Source: Escherichia phage vB-EcoP-XT32. From it: 64,000 nt of DNA. A program made the translations under genes and the position numbers. This document shows positions 1-8,698 of this stretch, piece by piece. Position 1 is the first letter of the stretch. Each line of letters opens with the position of its first letter. The notes below the pieces were generated by a model, which saw only the letters and a program-made list of their open reading frames with translations, made no database searches and was not told the DNA's origin. Location of the stretch: the sequence record OR757435, one strand, 5' to 3'.

Positions 1-1
1 T

Positions 2-202
2 GCATCAAAAGTTGCAGATCTGGTATATCCTAAGGCGGCCTCTGTTGAAGTTAAGATTGAGGAAGAGAATGTAATTAACGAAGAATCATTGAATGCACAA
101 ATCAAGGACTTCTTGACTGGAGCACTTGGTATCGACGTTATGCCTCCAGAAGAAGACAACTCTGAGGACGCTGAAAAGGGGGAGGAAGCGGACGAGAGTT
201 AA
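2..202 (+). CDS. hypothetical protein, 3' end only (gene starts upstream of window); acidic C-terminus
   Basis: Frame open from window edge to TAA at 200-202 (...DVMPPEEDNSEDAEKGEEADES*). Lies directly upstream of large terminase, so small terminase is possible but no motif supports it. Confidence 0.35.
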   Translation, partial: ASKVADLVYPKAASVEVKIEEENVINEESLNAQIKDFLTGALGIDVMPPEEDNSEDAEKGEEADES

Positions 203-363
203 TTAAAGGAAACAGGGAGCTGTCGAAGATCATCTGATTAGCAATCTAAGGGTTGTTATAGTTTTATTGCCACGATGTTCTTTTGCAGTGTACCCTTGTA
301 GTGGAGAGGGGAGGTTCTTTGACGAAGGGACTTTCCCTTTTCTATTTTTAAACTGGAGGAAGT

Positions 364-1905
364 ATGTCATTAGATAAACAAATTTATGAAGCTCTAACTG
401 GTAACAACCTTAGTGTAGACGAAAAGAAAGCACTATTGAATATGTTGAAAGAGCGTGACCAATGGAGGAAGTATAATAAGATTTTGTCTTTCAAGGCGTA
501 TGACTTCCAAAAGAAATTTTATGCAGCAGGATTGAAGCATCGCTTTAGATTCTTGTGTGCAGCGAACCGTGTTGGTAAATCTTATAGCGAGGCATACGAG
601 TTTGCTTGTCATGTCACAGGTCGCTACCCAACTTGGTGGACAGGATATAAATTTAAAAGACCTATCTTAGCATGGGCAGTTGGTATTACAGGGGATTCCA
701 CAAGGAAAGTATTGCAAAAGGAATTGTTTGGTACACCTATCGGAAAGGATACAAATTTATTAGGGACAGGTGTCATTCCTCGTGATGCTATCGTCATTGA
801 TACGATAGAACGAGATGGTAACAAACTTCAAATCGTACAAATCAAACATCAAAATGAGAGAGGAGAGTTTGACGGTTTAAGTACATTAGAATTCCGTTCA
901 ACCCAACAGGGTGAACACACATTGATGGGTGCAACAGTTGACTACATTTGGTTAGACGAAGAAGATCCATACGAGTCTATGGCTATATTCGCACAGTGCG
1001 TCACACGTACACTCACAACTAAAGGTCTAGTTACAATTACAGCTACACCAGAGAACGGTTTAACTGAACTGGTAGATAAATTTATGAAAGGTGAAGGAGA
1101 TGAGAACACAGGTTCTCTGTATTTCCAGAATGCTTCTTGGTGGGATGCTCATGCAGACCTAGGTGGACACATCACTGACCAAGATATAAAAGATATGACT
1201 GAAGGTATTCCAGCGTGGCAGTTAGAGATGCGTTCAAAAGGTATGCCATTGTTAGGAAGTGGTTTGATATATGATGTATCGGATGACACAATTAAATGTG
1301 AACCATTCGAAATTCCTGATACGTGGAAACGTGTCTGTGCAATTGATATTGGTATTGATCACCCAACTGCTGCTGTTTGGACAGCTTACGATGCAAACAC
1401 GGATACTATCTATGTTTACGACTCATATAAAGAAGGTGGCTTTACTCCAGTGTATCATGCTCCAGCTATTAATGGTCGTGGTCAGTGGATTCCTGTCATC
1501 CTACCGCATGATGCGGACAATACTGAGAAAGGTAGTGGCTCATCTGTTGCTCAATTCTATAAGAATGCAGGAGTTAACGTACAGAGTGAGACCTTCTACA
1601 ACAAAATTGGAATGGATGGTAAAAAGAACTTCTTTGTAGAACCGGGAATCACAGATATCCGAGAAAGAATGATGAGTGGACGCTTTAAAGTCTTTAACAC
1701 AGCCGCTAACGCTAAGCTATTCGAAGAGAAAGCTAGATATCACCGTAAGGTTGGTAAGATTATTAAAGAACATGATGACTTAATGGATGCAATGCGCTAT
1801 TCAGCGTGCTCTGTTACACATCGTGGTCGCTCTAAGCATGATGTTAGCTACGGAAGCGCTTCTTTGTATGAGGCAAACGTAAGCAGATGGAATCAGAGCT
1901 ACTAA
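364..1905 (+). CDS. terminase large subunit (ATPase + nuclease)
   Basis: 513 aa; Walker A-like CAANRVGKS, Walker B-like YIWLDEED, C-terminal acidic nuclease-like motifs (CAIDIGIDH, HDDLMDAMRY); immediately upstream of portal; RBS GGAGG before ATG. Confidence 0.85.
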   Translation: MSLDKQIYEALTGNNLSVDEKKALLNMLKERDQWRKYNKILSFKAYDFQKKFYAAGLKHRFRFLCAANRVGKSYSEAYEFACHVTGRYPTWWTGYKFKRPILAWAVGITGDSTRKVLQKELFGTPIGKDTNLLGTGVIPRDAIVIDTIERDGNKLQIVQIKHQNERGEFDGLSTLEFRSTQQGEHTLMGATVDYIWLDEEDPYESMAIFAQCVTRTLTTKGLVTITATPENGLTELVDKFMKGEGDENTGSLYFQNASWWDAHADLGGHITDQDIKDMTEGIPAWQLEMRSKGMPLLGSGLIYDVSDDTIKCEPFEIPDTWKRVCAIDIGIDHPTAAVWTAYDANTDTIYVYDSYKEGGFTPVYHAPAINGRGQWIPVILPHDADNTEKGSGSSVAQFYKNAGVNVQSETFYNKIGMDGKKNFFVEPGITDIRERMMSGRFKVFNTAANAKLFEEKARYHRKVGKIIKEHDDLMDAMRYSACSVTHRGRSKHDVSYGSASLYEANVSRWNQSY

Positions 1906-2072
1906 AATCCTAAGAGTTTCTAGAGAGACTTAGGCCAGAAATTGGTCTTTCTAGTGTAGGGGACAAGCATTCTGGCGGCTTGTTGGGGAGAGTAGGCTAC
2001 GACCTCCCTTTTAGTCTTATGGTTAAGAAATTCAGGTGATTTGCTACCTTAAGTGCAGCTAGAAAGAAAAAC

Positions 2073-2105
2073 AAGAGGGGAGGTTTGTCCTCCCTTCTTT
2101 TATTT
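2073..2105 (+). terminator. intrinsic terminator/attenuator-like hairpin between terminase and portal genes
   Basis: 11-bp stem AAGAGGGGAGG / CCTCCCTTCTT with 5-nt loop followed by T-rich TTATTT. Confidence 0.5.
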
Positions 2106-2131
2106 AAGCTATCAACCGAGGGAGAGAATAG

Positions 2132-4375
2132 ATGGCTAAGCAAAAATATAGTGAAGAGGTGTTGGACGAGTTACGTGTTGACCTTCAACGTCGTTTTAAT
2201 TACGCTCAAGGTTACGTTGACATGGCTGTTAAGGGCTATGCTCGTGAAGCTTGGGAATATTTCTATGGTAACTTACCTGCACCAGTAACTGCTGGCAGCT
2301 CTAGTTGGGTAGATCGTACTGTTTGGGAATCCGTTAACGGTACATTGCAAGATATTATTAACGTATTCTGTTCTGGTGATGAAGCAGTTACTTTTGTAGC
2401 TGATAACCAACAGGACTCTGATGCTGCTGATGTAGCAACTAAACTAGTTAACCAAATTCTTCTGCGTGACAATCCGGGATACAATATTATCTCCTCTGCT
2501 GCACAAGAATGTCTAGTTACTCGTAACTCTTTTATCAAGTATTATTGGGATGAGCACACTTCTACTCAAACTGAAGAAGCTGAAGGTGTACCACCGGAAG
2601 CGTTGGCTGCATATGTTCAGGGATTAGAAGCTGGTGGACTCAAGAATCTGGAAATCTTCACTGAAGAAAATGAAGACGGTACAGTAGATGTTAAAGTTAC
2701 TTATGAACAAACTGTTAAACGTGTGAAAGTTGAATATGTTCCTTCAGAGCAAATCTTTGTTGATGAACATGCTACCTCTTTTGCAGATGCACAATATTTC
2801 TGTCATCGTGTACGTCGTTCTAAAGAAGATCTGGTTGCTATGGGCTTCCCTAAAGATGAGATTGAAGCATTTAATGACTGGACAGACACGATGGATACCA
2901 CTCAATCTACAGTTGCTTGGTCTCGTACTGACTGGCGTCAGGACATTGATGCTGACATTGGCACAGATACTGAAGATATCGCTACTATGGTTTGGGTTTA
3001 TGAGCACTACATCCGTACTGGTGTTCTAGATAAGAATAAAGAATCTAAACTCTATCAGGTTATTCAAGCTGGTGAGCATATCCTTCACACTGAAGAAGTA
3101 ACTCACATTCCGTTTGTAACCTTCTGTCCGTATCCGATTCCGGGTTCCTTCTATGGTCAGTCAGTCTATGACATTACGAAAGATATTCAGGATTTACGTA
3201 CCGCGTTAGTTCGTGGTTATATTGATAACGTCAACAATGCTAACTATGGTCGATACAAAGCTCTTGTTGGTGCATACGATCGTCGCTCTCTGCTTGATAA
3301 CCGTCCCGGTGGAGTGGTTGAAATGGAACGTCAGGACGCTATCGACCTGTTCCCATACCATAACCTACCTCAAGGTATTGATGGCCTCCTAGGTATGTCT
3401 GAGGAGCTTAAAGAGACACGTACTGGTGTAACTAAACTTGGCATGGGTATCAACCCTGATGTGTTTAAGAACGATAACGCTTATGCAACCGTAGGCTTGA
3501 TGATGAATGCTGCACAGAACCGTCTCCGTATGGTATGTCGTAACATTGCTCACAATGGTATGGTTGAATTGATGCGTGGTATTTATAGCCTTATCAGAGA
3601 AAATGGTGAAGTTCCTATTGAGGTACAAACCCCTCGTGGTATGGTTCAGGTAAATCCGAAACAATTACCAGCTCGTCACAATCTTCAAGTTGTTGTAGCT
3701 ATCTCTCCTAATGAAAAAGCAGAACGTGCACAGAAACTGATTAGCTTGAAGCAGCTGATTGCAGCAGATGCACAGTTAGCACCTCTCTTCGGTTTGGAGC
3801 AAGACCGTTACATGACTGCACAGATCTTTGAGTTGATGGGTATTAAAGACACTCACAAATACCTACTGCCTCTGGAACAGTATCAGCCTCCTGAGCCGTC
3901 TCCGATGGAAATCCTCCAGCTCGAGATGACTAAAGCACAGGTTGAGAACGTACAGGCTTCTTCTCAGAAGATGATTGCTGATGCATTCGACCAGCGTGAA
4001 CGTACTACATTCGAACAGCAGAAAGCTGCGGATGAATTAAGTCTGCGTCAGGAAGAGTTGCAGTTCAAGCAAGAAAATGCAGCAGATGCTATGACTCTGG
4101 AAAACCGTAAAGAAGATAACAATGCAACTCTGGAACAAGCTAAGCACAAGTTAGCTCTTATGCAACAGCAGGTCCGTCAGTATGAGTCTGTACTGAAAGA
4201 ATTGCAGATGGTTATGGAACATCAGGTTGACCAAGAGAAGATTGTTCAGCAATCTCGTGTTCAGGATAAAACTTTGGAACTCCAGAAGAAAGAAGCAAAT
4301 GTAACTAAGAAAGAGCAACAAGCTTCTCTCAAAGATTCACGGATTCCAGGCAAACGTCTTGGAAGTAAAAAGTAA
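2132..4375 (+). CDS. portal protein
   Basis: 747 aa directly after large terminase; long Q/E/K-rich helical C-terminal tail typical of large podophage portals; gene order terminase-portal-scaffold-capsid. Confidence 0.8.
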   Translation: MAKQKYSEEVLDELRVDLQRRFNYAQGYVDMAVKGYAREAWEYFYGNLPAPVTAGSSSWVDRTVWESVNGTLQDIINVFCSGDEAVTFVADNQQDSDAADVATKLVNQILLRDNPGYNIISSAAQECLVTRNSFIKYYWDEHTSTQTEEAEGVPPEALAAYVQGLEAGGLKNLEIFTEENEDGTVDVKVTYEQTVKRVKVEYVPSEQIFVDEHATSFADAQYFCHRVRRSKEDLVAMGFPKDEIEAFNDWTDTMDTTQSTVAWSRTDWRQDIDADIGTDTEDIATMVWVYEHYIRTGVLDKNKESKLYQVIQAGEHILHTEEVTHIPFVTFCPYPIPGSFYGQSVYDITKDIQDLRTALVRGYIDNVNNANYGRYKALVGAYDRRSLLDNRPGGVVEMERQDAIDLFPYHNLPQGIDGLLGMSEELKETRTGVTKLGMGINPDVFKNDNAYATVGLMMNAAQNRLRMVCRNIAHNGMVELMRGIYSLIRENGEVPIEVQTPRGMVQVNPKQLPARHNLQVVVAISPNEKAERAQKLISLKQLIAADAQLAPLFGLEQDRYMTAQIFELMGIKDTHKYLLPLEQYQPPEPSPMEILQLEMTKAQVENVQASSQKMIADAFDQRERTTFEQQKAADELSLRQEELQFKQENAADAMTLENRKEDNNATLEQAKHKLALMQQQVRQYESVLKELQMVMEHQVDQEKIVQQSRVQDKTLELQKKEANVTKKEQQASLKDSRIPGKRLGSKK

Positions 4376-4384
4376 GGACGTCGA

Positions 4385-4621
4385 ATGAACATTAGGCATC
4401 AATTCAATAAAGAGCACGCCGCCGCTTTGGCGGCTCTCAATCTTAACGGCAGTCTTGACGCAGCATTAGAGGCATTGAAAGAAAGACTCATGACAGAGAT
4501 AGTTCAAACTGAACCTCATGAGAATAAGAAACGCGAAGATTGTTATCAAAAGTATAAAATGGTGGGTAGCTTAAAAGAGGTCATAAAAGCTGCTATCAAT
4601 AGTGCAGGAGATGTTTCATAA
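4385..4621 (+). CDS. hypothetical small protein between portal and scaffold
   Basis: 78-aa ORF filling the portal-scaffold gap; stop overlaps next start (ATAATG). Confidence 0.4.
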   Translation: MNIRHQFNKEHAAALAALNLNGSLDAALEALKERLMTEIVQTEPHENKKREDCYQKYKMVGSLKEVIKAAINSAGDVS

Positions 4622-5706
4622 TGCCACAAGATAATTATATTGACCCGAACGATTTTAAATCTTTCCTCCAACTGGATGACCTGAAAGGTTCTTTTAAAGA
4701 AGAACTTGGTCGATTAGAATCTGAACAAGAACCAGAAGTGGACATTGACGATGAGTTCCCGGAAGATACCGGTGACAATTTCGACTTTGATACCGACCTT
4801 CTCGGTGAAAGCGATGAGCTTAAGTTCGAAGATGAAGATGGTTGGGAAGATCATGATGAGGAAGGCGAAGTCGAAGAAGATGGGGATGACTCTGATGAAG
4901 GTGATGAAAACACTGAAGCAGAAGAGGAAGACTCAAGCGATGCAGGGTATGAAGATGATTCTGCTGACGGTGATGGTGAGGTCTTTGATGTAGACTACGA
5001 AACCGTTATCACCCTTCCTGATGGACGTGAGATGACTATTGAAGAACTCTCCAATGGCTATCTTACTGGTGCTGACATGACCGAACGAGAATCAACTCTT
5101 CAGCGTCACATGGAAGCATTTGAGGAACGTGTAGTAGGTTTGAAGGATGTATTAGAATTAGCGTCTTTAGAAGCAGACCGAGTAATTGAAGATTACAACG
5201 GATTTGATTGGGACAAGCTTGCAGTAGAAGATCCTCAAGCATATGTTGAAAACAAACGTTTCCTAGAGAAGTACACAGCTCGTCGTAACCAGCTTGAACA
5301 GGCTCAGATGCGTGTTAAGCAGGAAGCAGCAGCTAAAGAACAGGAAGCTTTCCAAGCCAAAAGTATTGAGTGCGTTAATATTCTGAAACGTGAGATTCCA
5401 AATTGGGATGAAAACTTATATCAAAACTTAATGCAATATGCAATTGACTTAGGTGCTACTGAAGAAGAAGTATTGAAGGAAAACCGTCCGTCTATTTTCC
5501 TAGCTCTCCATAAAGCATACCAATTTGATAAAGGTAAGCAGCAGGTGATGGCTAAGATTAAACGTCCCGGTGCTCCACGCAAGGTTGTGAAGTCTGATGC
5601 TGCAAAGTCTCGTACTTCCAATAAGCCAGACAACGCTAAGGTTGCCAAGGCATTCGCAGAGGGTCGCGTTAGTCACGAAGACGCATTCAAATTCCTCGTA
5701 GATTAA
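4621..5706 (+). CDS. scaffolding protein (putative)
   Basis: 361 aa, highly acidic D/E-rich N-terminal third, helical/coiled-coil rest; located between portal and major capsid. Confidence 0.6.
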   Translation: MPQDNYIDPNDFKSFLQLDDLKGSFKEELGRLESEQEPEVDIDDEFPEDTGDNFDFDTDLLGESDELKFEDEDGWEDHDEEGEVEEDGDDSDEGDENTEAEEEDSSDAGYEDDSADGDGEVFDVDYETVITLPDGREMTIEELSNGYLTGADMTERESTLQRHMEAFEERVVGLKDVLELASLEADRVIEDYNGFDWDKLAVEDPQAYVENKRFLEKYTARRNQLEQAQMRVKQEAAAKEQEAFQAKSIECVNILKREIPNWDENLYQNLMQYAIDLGATEEEVLKENRPSIFLALHKAYQFDKGKQQVMAKIKRPGAPRKVVKSDAAKSRTSNKPDNAKVAKAFAEGRVSHEDAFKFLVD

Positions 5707-5747
5707 TCGACAAATTAATTATTTAATAGTATAGGAGCTAACATAAC

Positions 5748-6809
5748 ATGGCTAATCCAACTTTATTTGTATCGTATGACCAGAATGGTAAAAAACTTTC
5801 TTTTGCTAACTGGATTTCTGTTCTGTCCCCTCAGGATACCCCGTTCGTATCCATGACCGGTAAAGAGTCTATCAACCAGACTATCTTTAGCTGGCAGACC
5901 GATGCACTGGCAAGCGTTGATGGTAATAACGCACACGTCGAAGGCTCTCGTGCTGAAGACGGCGAAATGAAACCGACTGTTATCAAGTCTAACGTTACTC
6001 AGATTCTGCGTAAGGTTGTTCGTGTTTCTGACACTGCTAACACCACCGCTAACTACGGTCGTGGTCGCGAACTGATGTACCAGCTGGAGAAGAAAGGTAA
6101 AGAGATCAAGCGTGACCTCGAGAAAATCCTTCTGTCTGGTCAGGCTCGTACCGACGTTCTGGCTGACCAATACCTGACTAACTCTGCCGCTGACCCAGAT
6201 CAGATTGGCAAGAACGACACCCATGCAGCTCGTAAGACTGGTGCATTCCAGTTCCTGTGTGCTCACGGTGGTCTGGCTGGCGGCGTTGTTGACAAGACCA
6301 AGAATGGTCCTGCTGACCCGGATACTGGTGCAATCACTGTTAAAGTTGCACAGAACGCTTCTAACCCGGCTACTAACATCGGCTTTGATGAAGCAGATAT
6401 CTTTGATATGACTCTGCAACTGTACACCGCTGGTTCTGAAGCAGATATCATCATGATTAACCCGGCTCATGCTAAGATCTTCGCTGGTCTGCAAGAAAAT
6501 ACTCAGGGTTCACGTAAGCGTATCTTTGAAAACACCAAGCAGTTCATTTACGAAGTTAACAGCATCACTGACCCGCTGGGCCAGAGCTACAAAATCATCG
6601 TTAACCGTTGGATGCCTACCGATGCAGTTTACTTCTTCCGTAGCGCTGACTGGACTCAGATGGTTCTGCGTGCTCCGAAACGTACTGAACTGGCTAAAGA
6701 TGGTTCTTACGAAAAATGGATGATTGAGATGGAAGTTGGTCTGCGTCACCGCAACCCGTATGCTTCCGGTGTTCTGTTCACTGCTGCGGGAAAGGCAGTG
6801 GCGGCGTAA
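5748..6809 (+). CDS. major capsid protein
   Basis: 353 aa; strong RBS (AGGAG) 10 nt upstream; follows scaffold; codon usage biased to common codons; size typical of HK97-fold podophage capsid proteins. Confidence 0.8.
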   Translation: MANPTLFVSYDQNGKKLSFANWISVLSPQDTPFVSMTGKESINQTIFSWQTDALASVDGNNAHVEGSRAEDGEMKPTVIKSNVTQILRKVVRVSDTANTTANYGRGRELMYQLEKKGKEIKRDLEKILLSGQARTDVLADQYLTNSAADPDQIGKNDTHAARKTGAFQFLCAHGGLAGGVVDKTKNGPADPDTGAITVKVAQNASNPATNIGFDEADIFDMTLQLYTAGSEADIIMINPAHAKIFAGLQENTQGSRKRIFENTKQFIYEVNSITDPLGQSYKIIVNRWMPTDAVYFFRSADWTQMVLRAPKRTELAKDGSYEKWMIEMEVGLRHRNPYASGVLFTAAGKAVAA

Positions 6810-7336
6810 CAGTAGATACCATAACTGTTAGTCCTTCGTCGGTTGCAAGCCTTCCGACGGGGGCTACTCAGCAGTTTACAGCTACAGCACAAATCAGTGA
6901 TAGCTCCACATCAACAACTGGATTTGTTTGGTCCGTTGAGGGTGGTGGGGCTATTTCTGTTTCTGGACTGTATACTGCACCGAGTGCGTCGCAAGAATCC
7001 CCGATTACAGTGAAAGCTACTAAAGGTGGTAAATCCGGTACATCTACGATCTCAGCTATTGCTGACCCTGAACCTACCCTTGTTAGCCGAGGGCCGATTT
7101 CAGGGAAGGTGGGTGGATCAACAACCGCATTCTCTACTATGTTTACAGCAACAAACTCTACCGGAAGTGACTATACTTTTGAGGTAACTCCTCCGGAAGC
7201 GGGCACTGTTAGTGCAGCTGGTCTTTTGACTCTTGCTGATACTGCTACGGGTGCAGTCTCTGTTACAGCTACACACGAGACTAAACCTCTTGTAACAGCC
7301 ACTTGTGAATTCACAGGTGTAACACCTGCTGCTTAA
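5748..7336 (+). CDS. major capsid protein, C-terminally extended isoform via putative -1 frameshift at 6788-6794 (Ig-like/Big_2-type extension, about 180 aa)
   Basis: -1 frame downstream of slippery site encodes Ig-like repeats (ITVSPSSVASLPTGATQQFTATAQ..., ITVKATKGGKSGTSTISAI...); no RBS or ATG for an independent gene (track ORF 7010 starts at GTG without SD). Confidence 0.55.
6788..6794 (+). promoter_or_regulatory. putative -1 programmed ribosomal frameshift slippery heptamer G_GGA_AAG
   Basis: X_XXY_YYZ heptamer in capsid zero frame, 13 nt before capsid stop; -1 frame is open from 6728 through 7336. Confidence 0.55.
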
Positions 7337-7343
7337 AATTAGA

Positions 7344-7367
7344 CCCTGCCTTCGGGCGGGGTTTTTT
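7344..7367 (+). terminator. rho-independent terminator after capsid/Ig-extension
   Basis: Hairpin CCCTGCC-TTCG-GGCGGGG followed by TTTTTT. Confidence 0.7.
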
Positions 7368-7395
7368 CGTTTTAAGACCTATACAAGCTAGTGTG

Positions 7396-7405
7396 TAATG
7401 TATAT
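7396..7405 (+). promoter_or_regulatory. TAATGTATAT motif (candidate phage-sigma-dependent promoter element)
   Basis: Exact 10-mer, one of three exact plus-strand copies in the window, all intergenic; 32 nt upstream of ATG at 7438, just after a terminator. Confidence 0.45.
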
Positions 7406-7437
7406 TCTTTGTCTACATATAACAAGGAGGACAACCT

Positions 7438-7950
7438 ATGGCAATGCCAGATTTCAGAGGAGCTTTTACATATAACCCAAATACAGGGCATCTTTTCTGG
7501 TCTATGAGTAACATATTCAATAAACAGAAAGGGCAACGTGCTGGATGTATTAATAATAAGGGATATCGTGTACTAACCTTCAAGAAGAAATCGTACCTAG
7601 AGCACAGGGTCATAGCTGAACTCTTTCTTCCTAAAGTAGAAGGGAAGGATTATGTCAACCATAAGAATGGAATAAAAGATGATAACAGGATTGAGAATCT
7701 AGAGTGGTGTACTCAACAAGAAAACTGTGTACATGCTTATGAAACAAAACTCTCAACACCAAGAAATCTTGAGGATAACCCTAATTCCAAACTTACTAAA
7801 GAACAAGTTCTTTTCTGTTTAGAGAACTATAAACCGAGGGACAGACAGTTCGGAGCTAGAGCTTTAGCTAGGAAGTTTGGAGTCTCTTCAAGTACAATAA
7901 GCCTGATAATCAATGGCACAAACTGGAAGGAGGTATCCTATGTTGCCTGA
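7438..7950 (+). CDS. HNH homing endonuclease
   Basis: 170 aa; N-terminal NUMOD4-like FRGAFTYNPNTGHLFW and HNH core HKNGIKDDNRIENLEW; inserted between capsid and tail genes. Confidence 0.8.
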   Translation: MAMPDFRGAFTYNPNTGHLFWSMSNIFNKQKGQRAGCINNKGYRVLTFKKKSYLEHRVIAELFLPKVEGKDYVNHKNGIKDDNRIENLEWCTQQENCVHAYETKLSTPRNLEDNPNSKLTKEQVLFCLENYKPRDRQFGARALARKFGVSSSTISLIINGTNWKEVSYVA

Positions 7951-8689
7951 CGTTCAATACCCCATCAATACCTATGGGTGGCTAAAGAAGGCCGTGGCCC
8001 TCTGGGCAGATAGGGACGATGACGAATTTGTTAATCAAATTCCAAACTTTATTAACTTTGCAGAGAAAGAGATTTATCGTAATTTACGTATCCCTCCTCT
8101 GGAAAAAGAAGTGTATTTAGATATTAAAGATGGAGTAGCTTACATTCCTCCTGATTACTTAGAAGCTCAATGGATGATGAGAGCCAAAGATGGTACAATC
8201 TTCCAAGTAACATCTCCTGAAGAGATTAGCTATCGTAGACAGCATGGAACAATTAACCCATCTCATTGGAACAATCAACCTGTTAACTTTGCTCGTTTCG
8301 GTAGTCGTTTCATTTTCTATCCTAGCATCGAAGCAGACACTCCGTATTACCCTGATGATGGAAGTCCTTTGATTCCAGCAGAAAACTCAGTAATTCTTAG
8401 TTATTATGCAGACCCACCGGAATTCCATGAAGACACAGACACTAGTGCTATTCTTACTATCGCACCAGAACTTCTTCTGTACTTTACTCTACGTCATGCT
8501 TGCTTGTTTGTTCAAGATGACAACGGAGTTCAGAAATGGTCAGCATTAGGAAAAGCTATCCTTGATGAAATGGTAGAGCAGAATAAGAAACAAGAGTACT
8601 CAGGTTCACCTATCGCAATTCCGAATAACATGACTCGGCTTCAGAGCAGCTTGCCTGATATTTATGGTATTCGTACTTCTCGTGTATAA
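7940..8689 (+). CDS. virion structural protein (putative head-tail adaptor or tail tube component)
   Basis: Start chosen at ATG 7940 with GGAGG 6 nt upstream (track ORF begins at 7913 inside the HNH gene); function from position only. Confidence 0.45.
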   Translation: MLPDVQYPINTYGWLKKAVALWADRDDDEFVNQIPNFINFAEKEIYRNLRIPPLEKEVYLDIKDGVAYIPPDYLEAQWMMRAKDGTIFQVTSPEEISYRRQHGTINPSHWNNQPVNFARFGSRFIFYPSIEADTPYYPDDGSPLIPAENSVILSYYADPPEFHEDTDTSAILTIAPELLLYFTLRHACLFVQDDNGVQKWSALGKAILDEMVEQNKKQEYSGSPIAIPNNMTRLQSSLPDIYGIRTSRV

Positions 8690-8698
8690 GGAGATAAT

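Noticed and set aside
324-350. Terminator-like hairpin just upstream of the terminase gene
   Set aside because: Short stem (GGG/CCC plus AU pairs) in a T-rich context; too weak to call without folding energies.
5763-6494. 243-aa minus-strand ORF antisense to the major capsid gene (also 624-824, 2263-2538, 3389-3664, 14077-14334 and similar)
   Set aside because: Antisense or alternative-frame ORFs inside well-supported structural genes; no RBS or motifs.
7010-7336. Stand-alone 108-aa gene for an Ig-like protein
   Set aside because: It starts at GTG with no upstream Shine-Dalgarno, its frame is open upstream back into the capsid gene, and a slippery heptamer is present; better explained as a frameshift extension.
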